Source: a virus
Lineage: Duplodnaviria > Caudoviricetes
IMG/VR virus record: IMGVR_UViG_3300027374_000001
DNA length: 64,000 bases
Reading direction: 5' to 3' (one strand)
This document shows positions 39,487 to 49,193 of this stretch, piece after piece. Numbering within the stretch: position 1 is the stretch's first letter; the number at the start of each line of letters is the position of its first letter. Below the pieces are notes generated by a model. It saw only the letters and a program-made list of their open reading frames with translations. It searched no databases and was not told the DNA's origin. A program made the translations under genes and the position numbers.

Positions 39487-41652
39487 TTATATATTTGATA
39501 ATAAATTAATCACAGATTGAGGGATTTGGGATACTGACGAATAATAATTGGTTCTTAGACCGGTATTTTCATTCATCGCGAATACACCTTCAACTCCAGA
39601 ATAGTATTTAACACTAGAAAAACTTTCGTTTATATTAACTATCGGTAATACGTCTGTGAACTTTCTATTAGCTTTAGGGGCAGAAGACAATACACATTCT
39701 TTAATAGCATTTATTTCATCTATTATTGAAGGTACTCTTGTAAATCTATGATCGTATTTTATATTACTTATAGGCTTATCTTCTTTTATGAGTTTTTTAT
39801 AGAAATCCTCACCAGAATAAGATGTTCCTATTACGTCATCAAAGTTACAAATTCCACAGAACTCGTATAATTCTATATCGTCGGCAAATTCCATAAATTC
39901 TGATAAAGGAGTTTTTATGGGGTCCTTGTCAAATATATACAAATCACTCATGAGATCTCTGCATATTGCTGTGTCTTTGGTAAGGGTATTCTTATTCATG
40001 TAATTCACTATGAATACCTTATTTGCATCATATATGCTAGGAACAGCAGATGCCACAGCTGAGCATGTTTCTCTAATAATAGAAGTAGTTAGTTTTATCT
40101 TTGTAAGATATTTCTTTACTCCATATTTGTTTTTATATTTATTGTATATCATACCATATAATGTATCTATAGTTTTGGCATCTGAAGTTATAGTTACGCT
40201 AAGCCTAGATGAGTGTATAGATTTTATATTGTACTTGAACCTATTAACTACATCCTGAACAACATTGATTGGTATACCGCACTTTTTACTATTATATTTA
40301 GTGGAAACAAATACTGTATTGTTTACCTTTCCCCCGAATCCTCCTATTGATAACATGTAAATATTGTTTTTATAGTAAATCAATACTGAATGACTATGAG
40401 AAACAGCAATTCCATTTACGTCCATTGTGTCAGAGTCAATATTTATTATTTTCAGTCCAGCAGATGTTATAGCTTTTTTAATTATATTAGCTTCTTCATC
40501 AATGGCATCATCTTGATCTTTGGTTAAAGCATATGTAGCTTTATCGATAATTCCTTGATCTTTTTCTTTACTGCTTTGCTTTGTATTGACTTTTTCTAAT
40601 TCTTTTTCCACTAGATTTTTTACAGTTTTTTCGTCTTTAGGAACATTCCAAACCAGGCCTTCAGTTATCGCGTTTTCTCTAATATGATTTTTAAGTCTAT
40701 TATTTTCACCTATTGTATCCATAGGAATTTTAAATTTAGCCATTGCAGACAATATATTATCTGCCAACTCGTCTTCATCCTCATCTTCGACATGATTAAA
40801 CATCCTAATTGCGGCCTTTACATGGCTTTTATCATTCAACGGATATTTTCTTTTATCAGGAAGACCAAATTCTGAATCATCAAGTTTATTCCTTTTCTTA
40901 GATTCAAGTTTAGATTCATTTATTATACTCATACTAATATTAGAAGATTCTTCATATGTAAGACCTATAGCCCTATCAATATCAAATTGTGTAGCATTAA
41001 ATCCCACTAATCTAGCAGCAGTTATATTTTCTTCTCTATCATCAAAAAATAAACATTTGTGAGGGGTAAGCTCATACTTATCTATTATCATTTTATAGAT
41101 TCTTTCATCGGGCTTTTCACAATTTACTTCATATGATACTATTCCCCCATCAAACATATCTAAAAGTGCAACAAACCAAGTACACTTTTTAAGCTCTTCA
41201 AATTGCCATCTAGACCAATTGGATAGATAATATACTTTATATCCTTTGTCGTGGTACATTCGTATTATATTTGCAGAGTAGTCTCCTGGACAAATGTAAT
41301 CTACTGAAGCTTTAAATAGTGTAGATAAAAATGGTTTCTCATCTTCATCTAATTTATTATTTATTATTTCTTTTACCTGAGATAAAGTTAAATTATCATC
41401 TATATGAGTAGATATCCATTTATTTGCTATTCTTGGACACATACAATCTGGTATATCTGTTTCATTTTCTAAAAATTTAGAAAAGTTATCATCATATTTT
41501 CCATGAACCATAACTCCACCCAAATCAAATATAATTGTATTTATAGAATCATCAGTATATAACTTTTCATTTTTCATATCTTCGTATGTACAGTTACTGT
41601 CGGATTTATCACTGCAATTTTCAGTTATAAATTCACCGTATATCAATCCCAT
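39487..41652 (-). CDS. mosaic protein: HAD phosphatase plus DUF6582-like module plus unknown modules
   Basis: IIFDLGGV / YYLSN / KPDERIY / FFDDREENITAA are HAD motifs I-IV; RNKLDDSEFGLPDKRKYPLNDKSHVKAAIRMFN module. Confidence 0.7.
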   Translation of the reverse strand: MGLIYGEFITENCSDKSDSNCTYEDMKNEKLYTDDSINTIIFDLGGVMVHGKYDDNFSKFLENETDIPDCMCPRIANKWISTHIDDNLTLSQVKEIINNKLDEDEKPFLSTLFKASVDYICPGDYSANIIRMYHDKGYKVYYLSNWSRWQFEELKKCTWFVALLDMFDGGIVSYEVNCEKPDERIYKMIIDKYELTPHKCLFFDDREENITAARLVGFNATQFDIDRAIGLTYEESSNISMSIINESKLESKKRNKLDDSEFGLPDKRKYPLNDKSHVKAAIRMFNHVEDEDEDELADNILSAMAKFKIPMDTIGENNRLKNHIRENAITEGLVWNVPKDEKTVKNLVEKELEKVNTKQSSKEKDQGIIDKATYALTKDQDDAIDEEANIIKKAITSAGLKIINIDSDTMDVNGIAVSHSHSVLIYYKNNIYMLSIGGFGGKVNNTVFVSTKYNSKKCGIPINVVQDVVNRFKYNIKSIHSSRLSVTITSDAKTIDTLYGMIYNKYKNKYGVKKYLTKIKLTTSIIRETCSAVASAVPSIYDANKVFIVNYMNKNTLTKDTAICRDLMSDLYIFDKDPIKTPLSEFMEFADDIELYEFCGICNFDDVIGTSYSGEDFYKKLIKEDKPISNIKYDHRFTRVPSIIDEINAIKECVLSSAPKANRKFTDVLPIVNINESFSSVKYYSGVEGVFAMNENTGLRTNYYSSVSQIPQSVINLLSNI

Positions 41653-41689
41653 TTTGTTTCTCCTTTCTTATAAAAAATAAAGAGGGCAA

Positions 41690-42142
41690 TTAATTACCCT
41701 CTTCAAGTATTGGTAGTTTAGAATAATCTGGCATTTGTAATTCAAGAATTTCAAGATGCGGATTACCAGTAATCCATTCTAATTCATCTGAATAGCTAGA
41801 TAATAGAAATCTCCATACTTTAGCGATTATATTACAAAGATGATTTCGTTCATCATGACTCAGTATCCAAGATTCTAATGAACAATCATCACAATGAATA
41901 TATTCTGGGGAGACCATACTGATTCTAGCACAAGTCTTAGCTGACCATCCTGAAACTACTCCTGGAACTGAACAGTTTTTATATATTTTAAAATATGGAG
42001 ATACATTATCTAATTCTGACGGGTGGATATGAATTATCCACCCATGTTCACTAAAATCATTATAAATTCTAGCTTCAGCATATGGGCTTTCTCCTAGATT
42101 TTCAGATATTCCCCATTCCATTAGTAGATTAGTATATTTCAA
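41690..42142 (-). CDS. hypothetical protein, tandem paralog 3
   Basis: TTG start with GAGGAGG RBS; YFKIY..CARISMVSPEYIHC..MPDYSKL. Confidence 0.75.
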   Translation of the reverse strand: MKYTNLLMEWGISENLGESPYAEARIYNDFSEHGWIIHIHPSELDNVSPYFKIYKNCSVPGVVSGWSAKTCARISMVSPEYIHCDDCSLESWILSHDERNHLCNIIAKVWRFLLSSYSDELEWITGNPHLEILELQMPDYSKLPILEEGN

Positions 42143-42143
42143 A

Positions 42144-42581
42144 TTATTTTTCCTCCTCTTCTTTTAACTTTGTATAATCTGGTATCTGTAATTTAAGAAT
42201 TTCTGGTCGCCTTTTTCCGTCATAAGAATACAATTCATTCTCATATTCTGTTAGCAGTATCTCCCAGAACGAATTAACAATTTCACACAGATGCTCCTTT
42301 TCTTCATTATTTAATGTCCACTCGTTCTTACTACAATCTTCGCAATGAATATATTCCGGTGATAGCATACTTATACGTGCACATTTATCTGATGCGAATT
42401 GTGCTATAGAACCTTTTGTGTTGTTATTATATATCTTAAAATATACAATATCTTTTCTTGCTACCGGAGGATGAATGTGTATAGCCCAATCGTATTTTTC
42501 ATCATTATATATCCTAGCTTCCACCTCATAATCTTCTGTCAATTCTTCAGAAATTCCTATTTTTTCATTGATAGAATTCAA
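42144..42581 (-). CDS. hypothetical protein, tandem paralog 2
   Basis: TTG start with GGAGG RBS; YFKIY..CARISMLSPEYIHC..IPDYTKL. Confidence 0.75.
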   Translation of the reverse strand: MNSINEKIGISEELTEDYEVEARIYNDEKYDWAIHIHPPVARKDIVYFKIYNNNTKGSIAQFASDKCARISMLSPEYIHCEDCSKNEWTLNNEEKEHLCEIVNSFWEILLTEYENELYSYDGKRRPEILKLQIPDYTKLKEEEEK

Positions 42582-42593
42582 TAATATTCCTCC

Positions 42594-43127
42594 TTATTTT
42601 TTATTTGGTAATGGTGAATAATCTGGCATAGGTAGAGATAATCTTATCATATTTTTAGGTATATCTTCTTTTTCAGCATTAGCATATTCTAGAATATCTT
42701 CATCTGAAAATTTACAATGCTTATTATAAAAGTATATCATAAGCTTCCATCCGCTATCTATTAATTTGGTTATATCATCACTTATACCCAATAACTGTTT
42801 GGGTTTTACTGGCTTAGATAAAACTTTTATTAAAAGTTTTCTTTCTGGAGAGCTAAGCCTTACTGTAGTTTTTCCGTGATGATCGGTATGAACAGCATAT
42901 GTTGGGCTTCCATATCTTATTCTTGCAATTTCATCAGCTTTAGAAAAACTTTCATGATTTACCCATTTAAAATAACCTTCATTCTCTCCAAGATTTTGGT
43001 CGCTATCTGGGGTTACATGCAGGCTAAAAGACCCGGGATAAGTAATTACCGCCTTTTCTGTGATTATTTCACTTTGACCTGTTACGTATTCTTGTTCAAA
43101 TATAATACCATAAAAATCTATGTTCAT
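42594..43127 (-). CDS. hypothetical protein, tandem paralog 1
   Basis: YFKW..IARIRYGSPTYAVH..MPDYSPL; AAGGAGG RBS; early-type promoter 43159-43141. Confidence 0.75.
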   Translation of the reverse strand: MNIDFYGIIFEQEYVTGQSEIITEKAVITYPGSFSLHVTPDSDQNLGENEGYFKWVNHESFSKADEIARIRYGSPTYAVHTDHHGKTTVRLSSPERKLLIKVLSKPVKPKQLLGISDDITKLIDSGWKLMIYFYNKHCKFSDEDILEYANAEKEDIPKNMIRLSLPMPDYSPLPNKK

Positions 43128-43164
43128 ATTTATCCTCCTTTCATAGTTATAGTATATAACTAAC

Positions 43165-44586
43165 TTAATATTTTTCTATCCACTCCCAATCCCAATCATA
43201 TAATTTTGCAGACTTATTGTTTCCATATGAATAGAAATGTCCATCACCTACAGATTTTAATACTTTGATTTTACCTATACATTTAAGATTTACTGGTTTC
43301 AAAACCCACTTCTCTTTAGTGATATGAGAATCTGGTACTTCCTGTACAGTTGGAGAAATATACTCATAATTTCTTAAAGGAGTGTGAATATATAATTCCT
43401 TTCCTTCAAGATTCATGCTCATACCCATTAGACATCCATTTATACTACTAGAAAAACATACTTTTTTAGTAGTATTATCTTCATAAGAGTTTTTAACCAA
43501 ATAATTATTAGGCACCTTTGGCATCAGAGTCTTTCCATCCAAATTAACTTCAGATACATGATACAGCGAATTTTTAGAGATAGATTCTGTTATGGCTTTT
43601 ACAAATTTTTTATATGAATTTTCTTCATCTATATACCAAGCAATACATTGAGGAAGCTCAGATAATTGATTTTTTAAGTCTTGTATACTATTATCTTTAG
43701 CGCGTTTAAGTCTTCGTGCTATAGAAGTAAGAGCACTTGCGCCTGTCATTATTATAGGAGTATTTCCTAAGCTTTGCTTTTCTAGAAAACTATATATTTG
43801 TACTCCTTCTATGACATATTTAGTACCCTTATCTCTTTTGCAATACGGAATGCAATATTTTATAAATTTATCAATTTCAGTAGCAAGTTCTTTTCCTTTA
43901 ATCTTTCTTTCTTTCAGATTGTCCCATAATTGTTTATGAGAGGATAGATAATCATAGAATACTTGTCCAGCTTGTTTTAATTGCTCATCTGTTGTAAATT
44001 GATAACAGCACTCAAAGCAGTCTAGTTCTATTAATTCTGCATTATTTTCTTTTGCCATTTTAGAAGCTAATGTGGTTTTACCAGAACCGGATAACCCTGT
44101 TACCAATAATACATTGGATTTCCCGGATTCAAAAGATTCATAGTTTATATATAAATCTTTTTTATTGAAGATAAATCCTTCCGTTATAGTTTCTTTTGTT
44201 AATGGTATATAGTACACCTTTATATCATGCTCCTTTGATTCATAGTCGAATTTAAATCCTAATTTTTTAGCTAATTCCTCGGATGCTGTATTATTTATAG
44301 ATAAGCCCCAGTATATTCTAAATAGGTCTTTATCTTTTTTAGCATGTGAAATAGCATTCCTGGCTAAGGATGATGCTATACCTTTTCTTCTATATTCTGG
44401 AGATACAGCTATACTTATCATGCATACTTTATTTACTATTCCATTTAATCTCTCTCTTACATTGCGTGTTGCGCAAAATCCAACCGGCCTACCATTATCA
44501 TAATGGATCTTTACATAATTATATTTCTTAGAATCTGTAAAATCACTATAATCATCTTTTCCTAAAGATTTGATTACGGTATTCAT
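43165..44586 (-). CDS. mosaic protein: GNAT acetyltransferase plus P-loop kinase plus ART-like domain
   Basis: IAVSPEYRRKGIAS..N.ASEELAKKLGF (GNAT); VTGLSGSGKTT; YHVS..VCFSSS..VPDSHITKEKW; in frame with the upstream ORF across one TGA. Confidence 0.7.
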   Translation of the reverse strand: MNTVIKSLGKDDYSDFTDSKKYNYVKIHYDNGRPVGFCATRNVRERLNGIVNKVCMISIAVSPEYRRKGIASSLARNAISHAKKDKDLFRIYWGLSINNTASEELAKKLGFKFDYESKEHDIKVYYIPLTKETITEGFIFNKKDLYINYESFESGKSNVLLVTGLSGSGKTTLASKMAKENNAELIELDCFECCYQFTTDEQLKQAGQVFYDYLSSHKQLWDNLKERKIKGKELATEIDKFIKYCIPYCKRDKGTKYVIEGVQIYSFLEKQSLGNTPIIMTGASALTSIARRLKRAKDNSIQDLKNQLSELPQCIAWYIDEENSYKKFVKAITESISKNSLYHVSEVNLDGKTLMPKVPNNYLVKNSYEDNTTKKVCFSSSINGCLMGMSMNLEGKELYIHTPLRNYEYISPTVQEVPDSHITKEKWVLKPVNLKCIGKIKVLKSVGDGHFYSYGNNKSAKLYDWDWEWIEKY

Positions 44587-44640
44587 ATCTTCCCTTTGCT
44601 TTTTAGTTACGGTGGATTCTAATAGAGCAGATTCATTTGA

Positions 44641-46080
44641 TCAGTCTTCATCCGGATCAAATCCATGTTGTTTTTCCCATTCTATTTGACATTGTCTTGC
44701 GTGTCTAATTGCTGGATTACCATTATTACTAGTTCCAGATGCTCCGTCTGTCACTATGAAATAATTAGCATTACATTTCTTTGCTAGTTTATCTACATCT
44801 CTAACAAACTTTCTAGCAGTATTTAAATCTTTACACGCTTCTTCTACTACTTCTACATCATACTTTTCTACCCAGCTATATCTTGGTTTAAAGTATTTTC
44901 TCTTTCCATAACCGGACTTTTCAGAATCTACATCTATAGTTTTATATTTTTGTGTAGTTCCAGAAATATGAACTTTACCAATGCACCTCATTTCTACAGG
45001 TTCTTTTACCCATATCTCATGAGTAATATCTGAATCATAAATATCATCAGTAGTGGTTCTATATATCTTTACATCCGTAGCAGGGATATGCACGTATAAA
45101 TCTATATCATAAGTTCCATTAGGGAATATGGAATAGTAAGCTCCTTCTATAGAATCAGAGAAACAGATTCTTTTAACTCTTCTTTCCATTCCTTTTTTGA
45201 CATTATCATTATCATATACTCTAGGTTCAAATATCTCTCCATCATGATTTACTGTGGATATATGATATATTTGTTGACGTGCAAGATCATTATCCCTATA
45301 TTCTTCATGAATATTTGCTAATTCATTTATCTTTATAAGAGGCCTAGATAAATATTCACTATCTTTAAGCAACAAGAATATTTCTATAAGTTGCTCAAAC
45401 TTATTATCTGTAAGACGAATATAGTTATAATCTCCTTGCTCTTGAATAGATAATTCTTTAGCTTTTTGCTTTTCTCTGTATTCCTTCATCTCTCTTGTAT
45501 TTGGATTAGAACCACCATCCTTGATATCAAATACTAAATTATAAGGCTCATATAAGAAATCGGTTACCCAAAAATGTTCTTTTCCTTTATAATGGTAAAG
45601 TATAGTAGGGCCTGGAGACATTATATCCGATGATTTTACATTGAGAAACACATCTAAAAACTCTAAGAATTTCTTCTCATAGCTTCCCACGTATCCTATT
45701 TTTCCCCCATCCCTAAATTTATAATATCCGGATATAGAACGGTTTGCGAGCATCTTCTTTTGGTGTTCAGGGTTATTGAGTAATGTTTCCGTGCCATACT
45801 TTCTAACCATACGAGTACGAACCATTTTTACATATTCATCATGGCATTTTTTAGAACCACATAAAGTATCATATCGTTGCTTGTTCTCGTCCCATTCAGT
45901 TTCCTTTTTACAAATCATACATGTACCATGTGTTCTCTTATTAATTTGATTATATACTAATCTAGCTGCACTGTATCCTTTAGGTAACATATCTTCGTGC
46001 TCTTCATCAATATGATTTATTAATTCTTTTCTTTCCAATCTTAATTGACAATATGGACATTTATATTTTTTAGCAGACAT
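44641..46080 (-). CDS. mosaic protein: C2H2 zinc finger plus PD-(D/E)XK (TnsA/homing-like) nuclease plus ART-like domain
   Basis: CPYC..HIDEEH; CMIC..C..C; VGSYEKKFL..WVTDF..VFDIKDG; YHIS..ICFSDS..DSDITHEIW; late promoter motif 46116-46105. Confidence 0.6.
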   Translation of the reverse strand: MSAKKYKCPYCQLRLERKELINHIDEEHEDMLPKGYSAARLVYNQINKRTHGTCMICKKETEWDENKQRYDTLCGSKKCHDEYVKMVRTRMVRKYGTETLLNNPEHQKKMLANRSISGYYKFRDGGKIGYVGSYEKKFLEFLDVFLNVKSSDIMSPGPTILYHYKGKEHFWVTDFLYEPYNLVFDIKDGGSNPNTREMKEYREKQKAKELSIQEQGDYNYIRLTDNKFEQLIEIFLLLKDSEYLSRPLIKINELANIHEEYRDNDLARQQIYHISTVNHDGEIFEPRVYDNDNVKKGMERRVKRICFSDSIEGAYYSIFPNGTYDIDLYVHIPATDVKIYRTTTDDIYDSDITHEIWVKEPVEMRCIGKVHISGTTQKYKTIDVDSEKSGYGKRKYFKPRYSWVEKYDVEVVEEACKDLNTARKFVRDVDKLAKKCNANYFIVTDGASGTSNNGNPAIRHARQCQIEWEKQHGFDPDED

Positions 46081-46136
46081 ACGAGCATCCTCCTTAAGTT
46101 ATCTTAATGCTATGTTCCGGGTAAGCGTATTAAACA

Positions 46137-46170
46137 AAAAAGAAAAGGCACTGGATAATTCCAGTGCCTT
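46137..46170 (-). terminator. intrinsic terminator of the early operon
   Basis: AAGGCACTGGA-TAAT-TCCAGTGCCTT, with an A-run on + strand. Confidence 0.75.
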
Positions 46171-46175
46171 CAATC

Positions 46176-46883
46176 CTATTCTGTTTCTTCTCCCATTAAA
46201 TATGCTCTTTCTGCCTCCATGCCATAATCCGAGTAATAATCATCCGCAAAAAGTTCCTCTTGTAACCAATCTTCTTCCTGGCATTGATATGGATCATCAT
46301 ATTCTAGTGATTCCATTTCCATTTGAGCATAAAGTCTTTCGTCATCTTCCCATTCTGCTATTCTAATACTGCGTTCAGCTTCTAAATTTTCAATCCTATT
46401 TGACCAATCTATGACAAATGTATGTCTGTATATAGTTAATGGATTAGCAAATCTAGTATAATCGTCATCAGTATAAGTTATAAAGCCCAAGTTTAATGGT
46501 AGAAATCTTATTTTATCCCCAGCACTTAGTACCATTGCAGAAGACGCGTTCATATCCAAATGAATCAATGATTTCATTTTTTCATAAAGTTTAGCGTCGA
46601 AAGATTCAGGTTCTGTTTCAGATTTTATTTTAAAACGGTGTTCTGTTGTTTCGACAAAAGAGGATCGTTTAAACCATTTAAAGGCCCTGCGATATGAATC
46701 TTTTTTCTTAGACGGTTGCCATGTGCGTGTAAATCCCATTGGGATATTTCTATATTGTTTTTGCTCTTTCATATTTTCATCAAACACTTGATAAAGCATA
46801 AGCATTTTATATTTATTTGTAATTTCCTGAATCTTATTAAGTATTTCTTTATAATTTTCTTCTGTTACTGTTATCTTTTTCAT
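46176..46883 (-). CDS. hypothetical protein
   Basis: 235 aa, AGGAGG RBS, acidic tail. Confidence 0.75.
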   Translation of the reverse strand: MKKITVTEENYKEILNKIQEITNKYKMLMLYQVFDENMKEQKQYRNIPMGFTRTWQPSKKKDSYRRAFKWFKRSSFVETTEHRFKIKSETEPESFDAKLYEKMKSLIHLDMNASSAMVLSAGDKIRFLPLNLGFITYTDDDYTRFANPLTIYRHTFVIDWSNRIENLEAERSIRIAEWEDDERLYAQMEMESLEYDDPYQCQEEDWLQEELFADDYYSDYGMEAERAYLMGEETE

Positions 46884-47898
46884 ATTCTTTCCTCCTAAAT
46901 GGTAAACGTATACTATCTAAACCCCGGATTGCAATATCAATATGATCTGGTCGAAAGTGAAGTTTAACATTTTTGATTAGTCCCTCCTTTTCGATGGCAT
47001 TGATCATATAGTTGTTATCAGTAATATACTTATTTATGAAAGCTTGTTTAAATTCTTCTGTAGTAAATGATACTTCGGCAAGAACTAATTCATTGTGGAT
47101 AAGTAATATCATATCATTAGAGTCATCGAAAGAATATTTAAAATTTGTGGCATTGTTCATAATATTAATCAACATCGAGATCCTATCGCGTATCTCATGC
47201 TTGTGGTTGAGAGGTGTAGGGCCATCATAGAAAGAAGAATCGCATAAGGGAGTGGGATCATCAAGCTGTAGGTTTATAGGTTTATAGAGTGAGGATGCAG
47301 GTATATTGTATTTTATGCGCATTTTGTTATTTTTTATTTTGACGCTCTCCTGTGTAATAAAATAAGACTCAAATGAGTCTAATAATCTATTTCCCTCGTT
47401 TACTCTTCTAATATATTCTAAAACCAAATCAGGAGAGGATATATAATTCACAATAAACCTTAACTCTCCCTCAACTTTTAATATCGCTAATGCATGTTTA
47501 GTTAACTCACATTTTATCGATATCTTGTTAATTAATGTGGAGAGATCGCTTTTTATGGAGATACTTGTTGGAGTAAACAATGAATCGCATGGTACTATTT
47601 GATGGCAGCATAAAGTATAAATTCCTTTTTCTTTCCTCGCTTCTTTGAAAATTATAGAATCTTTATTGTATTCTATTATATAATTTTTCTTATCTAAGAG
47701 TGATATGTTGAGATCAAAACTTAAAAAATTGTAGAAATCATCTTCAAAGAGTTTTTTAGTAGTTTTAATTCGATGAGTTTCTCCATTAAATTCCCGGACT
47801 AGAAAGATTATACAGTTGTCGTGACCGCTTGTGGTTGCCTCTTCGATCCAATATTTGCATGATTTGCATTTGGTTAATTCTTTAATAATTCCTTTCAT
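46849..47898 (-). CDS. hypothetical protein
   Basis: 349 aa, AAGGAG RBS. Confidence 0.7.
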   Translation of the reverse strand: MKGIIKELTKCKSCKYWIEEATTSGHDNCIIFLVREFNGETHRIKTTKKLFEDDFYNFLSFDLNISLLDKKNYIIEYNKDSIIFKEARKEKGIYTLCCHQIVPCDSLFTPTSISIKSDLSTLINKISIKCELTKHALAILKVEGELRFIVNYISSPDLVLEYIRRVNEGNRLLDSFESYFITQESVKIKNNKMRIKYNIPASSLYKPINLQLDDPTPLCDSSFYDGPTPLNHKHEIRDRISMLINIMNNATNFKYSFDDSNDMILLIHNELVLAEVSFTTEEFKQAFINKYITDNNYMINAIEKEGLIKNVKLHFRPDHIDIAIRGLDSIRLPFRRKEYEKDNSNRRKL

Positions 47899-47920
47899 AA
47901 TTCATTCTCCTTATTTAAAA

Positions 47921-48307
47921 TCAAAATACAATAAAGTTCCACCATTGTTTTTCTTCTTTAGTCGCATCGTCTTTCAATTCAAATATTACCTTGAAATAAC
48001 CAGATTCAAATTTATATTCTTTGATAGTTATAAAAGACGATATATAATGGTAAATATTAGATGCAGTTATAAAAACGTATGCTAGTTTTAGTAATATCAT
48101 TTTTGACTCTTCTTTTATAGTTTCTTCTCTTTTTACCGTAGGAAAATAAACTCTAGGAGGTCCACTTTTAGAGATCTCTGCATATTTGAACTCTTCTACT
48201 ATATCCGCATCTAATAATAGATGTAAGTTTTCTCTTATCTGATTGAGGGTATCATTAGCGGCTTTTTTATCTTTTTCTCTTTTGTTGAACGATACCCAAT
48301 TAGTCAC
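47921..48307 (-). CDS. hypothetical protein
   Basis: GTG at 48307 after AAGGAG RBS (track start 48343). Confidence 0.6.
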   Translation of the reverse strand: MTNWVSFNKREKDKKAANDTLNQIRENLHLLLDADIVEEFKYAEISKSGPPRVYFPTVKREETIKEESKMILLKLAYVFITASNIYHYISSFITIKEYKFESGYFKVIFELKDDATKEEKQWWNFIVF

Positions 48308-48343
48308 CTTATTCTCTCCTTTCGGGTTTAATACAAATATCAA

Positions 48344-48952
48344 TTATTTGTGTTTTTTAGGTTTACTATCAATACGATAGCGATGTTCTGAAGCAATTTT
48401 AGTAATAGATTTAGATAATATATATAAGGTACAATCTTCAGCCCATGCTATTAAATTCATTTTAATGATGGAAGAATACATTGGGAATGCCGATTTTACA
48501 CAGTTAATCTCATCTTGGAACTTTGCTAATAACGCATCGCTATAATAAGATACCGCTATTCTATAAATATACATAAAATCAACAGAATTGTAGTTTGGTT
48601 CTAAATCTAAGCTAAATTTTAAATACTTGATCACTCCAATCCTTAACCCTATATCAAGTAAGGTTTTTAATTCTATATTCTTTTGAATAGGTACAAACCA
48701 TATTTCATTAGAAACAAGATCATACTCTATACGACTATCTAGCGGCGTCGATCTAATGGTAAAATACAAACTTGCATATTGAATAAAATCTTTTCTATTT
48801 ACGCAATATACTTCACCGCTTTCATAATCAAAGCAAATCATATCACTAGTTCTTGATGATATAGCAATAAGTTGTGATTTGGAGTTGTATCCATAAGAAT
48901 ACTTATTTTTGATGATCTTCTGTACCAGTTGTTTATAGTTATTCATGTTCAT
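48344..48952 (-). CDS. hypothetical protein
   Basis: 202 aa, AAGGAG RBS. Confidence 0.7.
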   Translation of the reverse strand: MNMNNYKQLVQKIIKNKYSYGYNSKSQLIAISSRTSDMICFDYESGEVYCVNRKDFIQYASLYFTIRSTPLDSRIEYDLVSNEIWFVPIQKNIELKTLLDIGLRIGVIKYLKFSLDLEPNYNSVDFMYIYRIAVSYYSDALLAKFQDEINCVKSAFPMYSSIIKMNLIAWAEDCTLYILSKSITKIASEHRYRIDSKPKKHK

Positions 48953-48997
48953 TTTCTCCTTCTGTTCACCATGAAATGGTTATTTTATAATGATATT

Positions 48998-49174
48998 TTA
49001 TATTAAGGCAGTCATAAGTATATCCTTGTCTTCCCAGCATTCGGAACGGTATTCCAATATATCCTCTTTTTTAATGCCATGCGTACGAATAAGAGTATTT
49101 ACCAATTCTAACACGTTATTCACGCATGTATACATATTGATGCCTTCATCTGTGAAAATTTCAGTGTTAATCAT
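48998..49174 (-). CDS. small hypothetical protein (58 aa)
   Basis: GGAGGT RBS; MINTEIFTDEGINMYTCVNNVLELVNTLIRTHGIKKEDILEYRSECWEDKDILMTALI; fills the operon gap, not in track. Confidence 0.6.
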   Translation of the reverse strand: MINTEIFTDEGINMYTCVNNVLELVNTLIRTHGIKKEDILEYRSECWEDKDILMTALI

Positions 49175-49193
49175 TTCTTTACCTCCATTATAA

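Noticed and set aside
39172-39488. tRNA genes
   Set aside because: No cloverleaf, T-loop GTTCRA or CCA end; treated as other sRNAs
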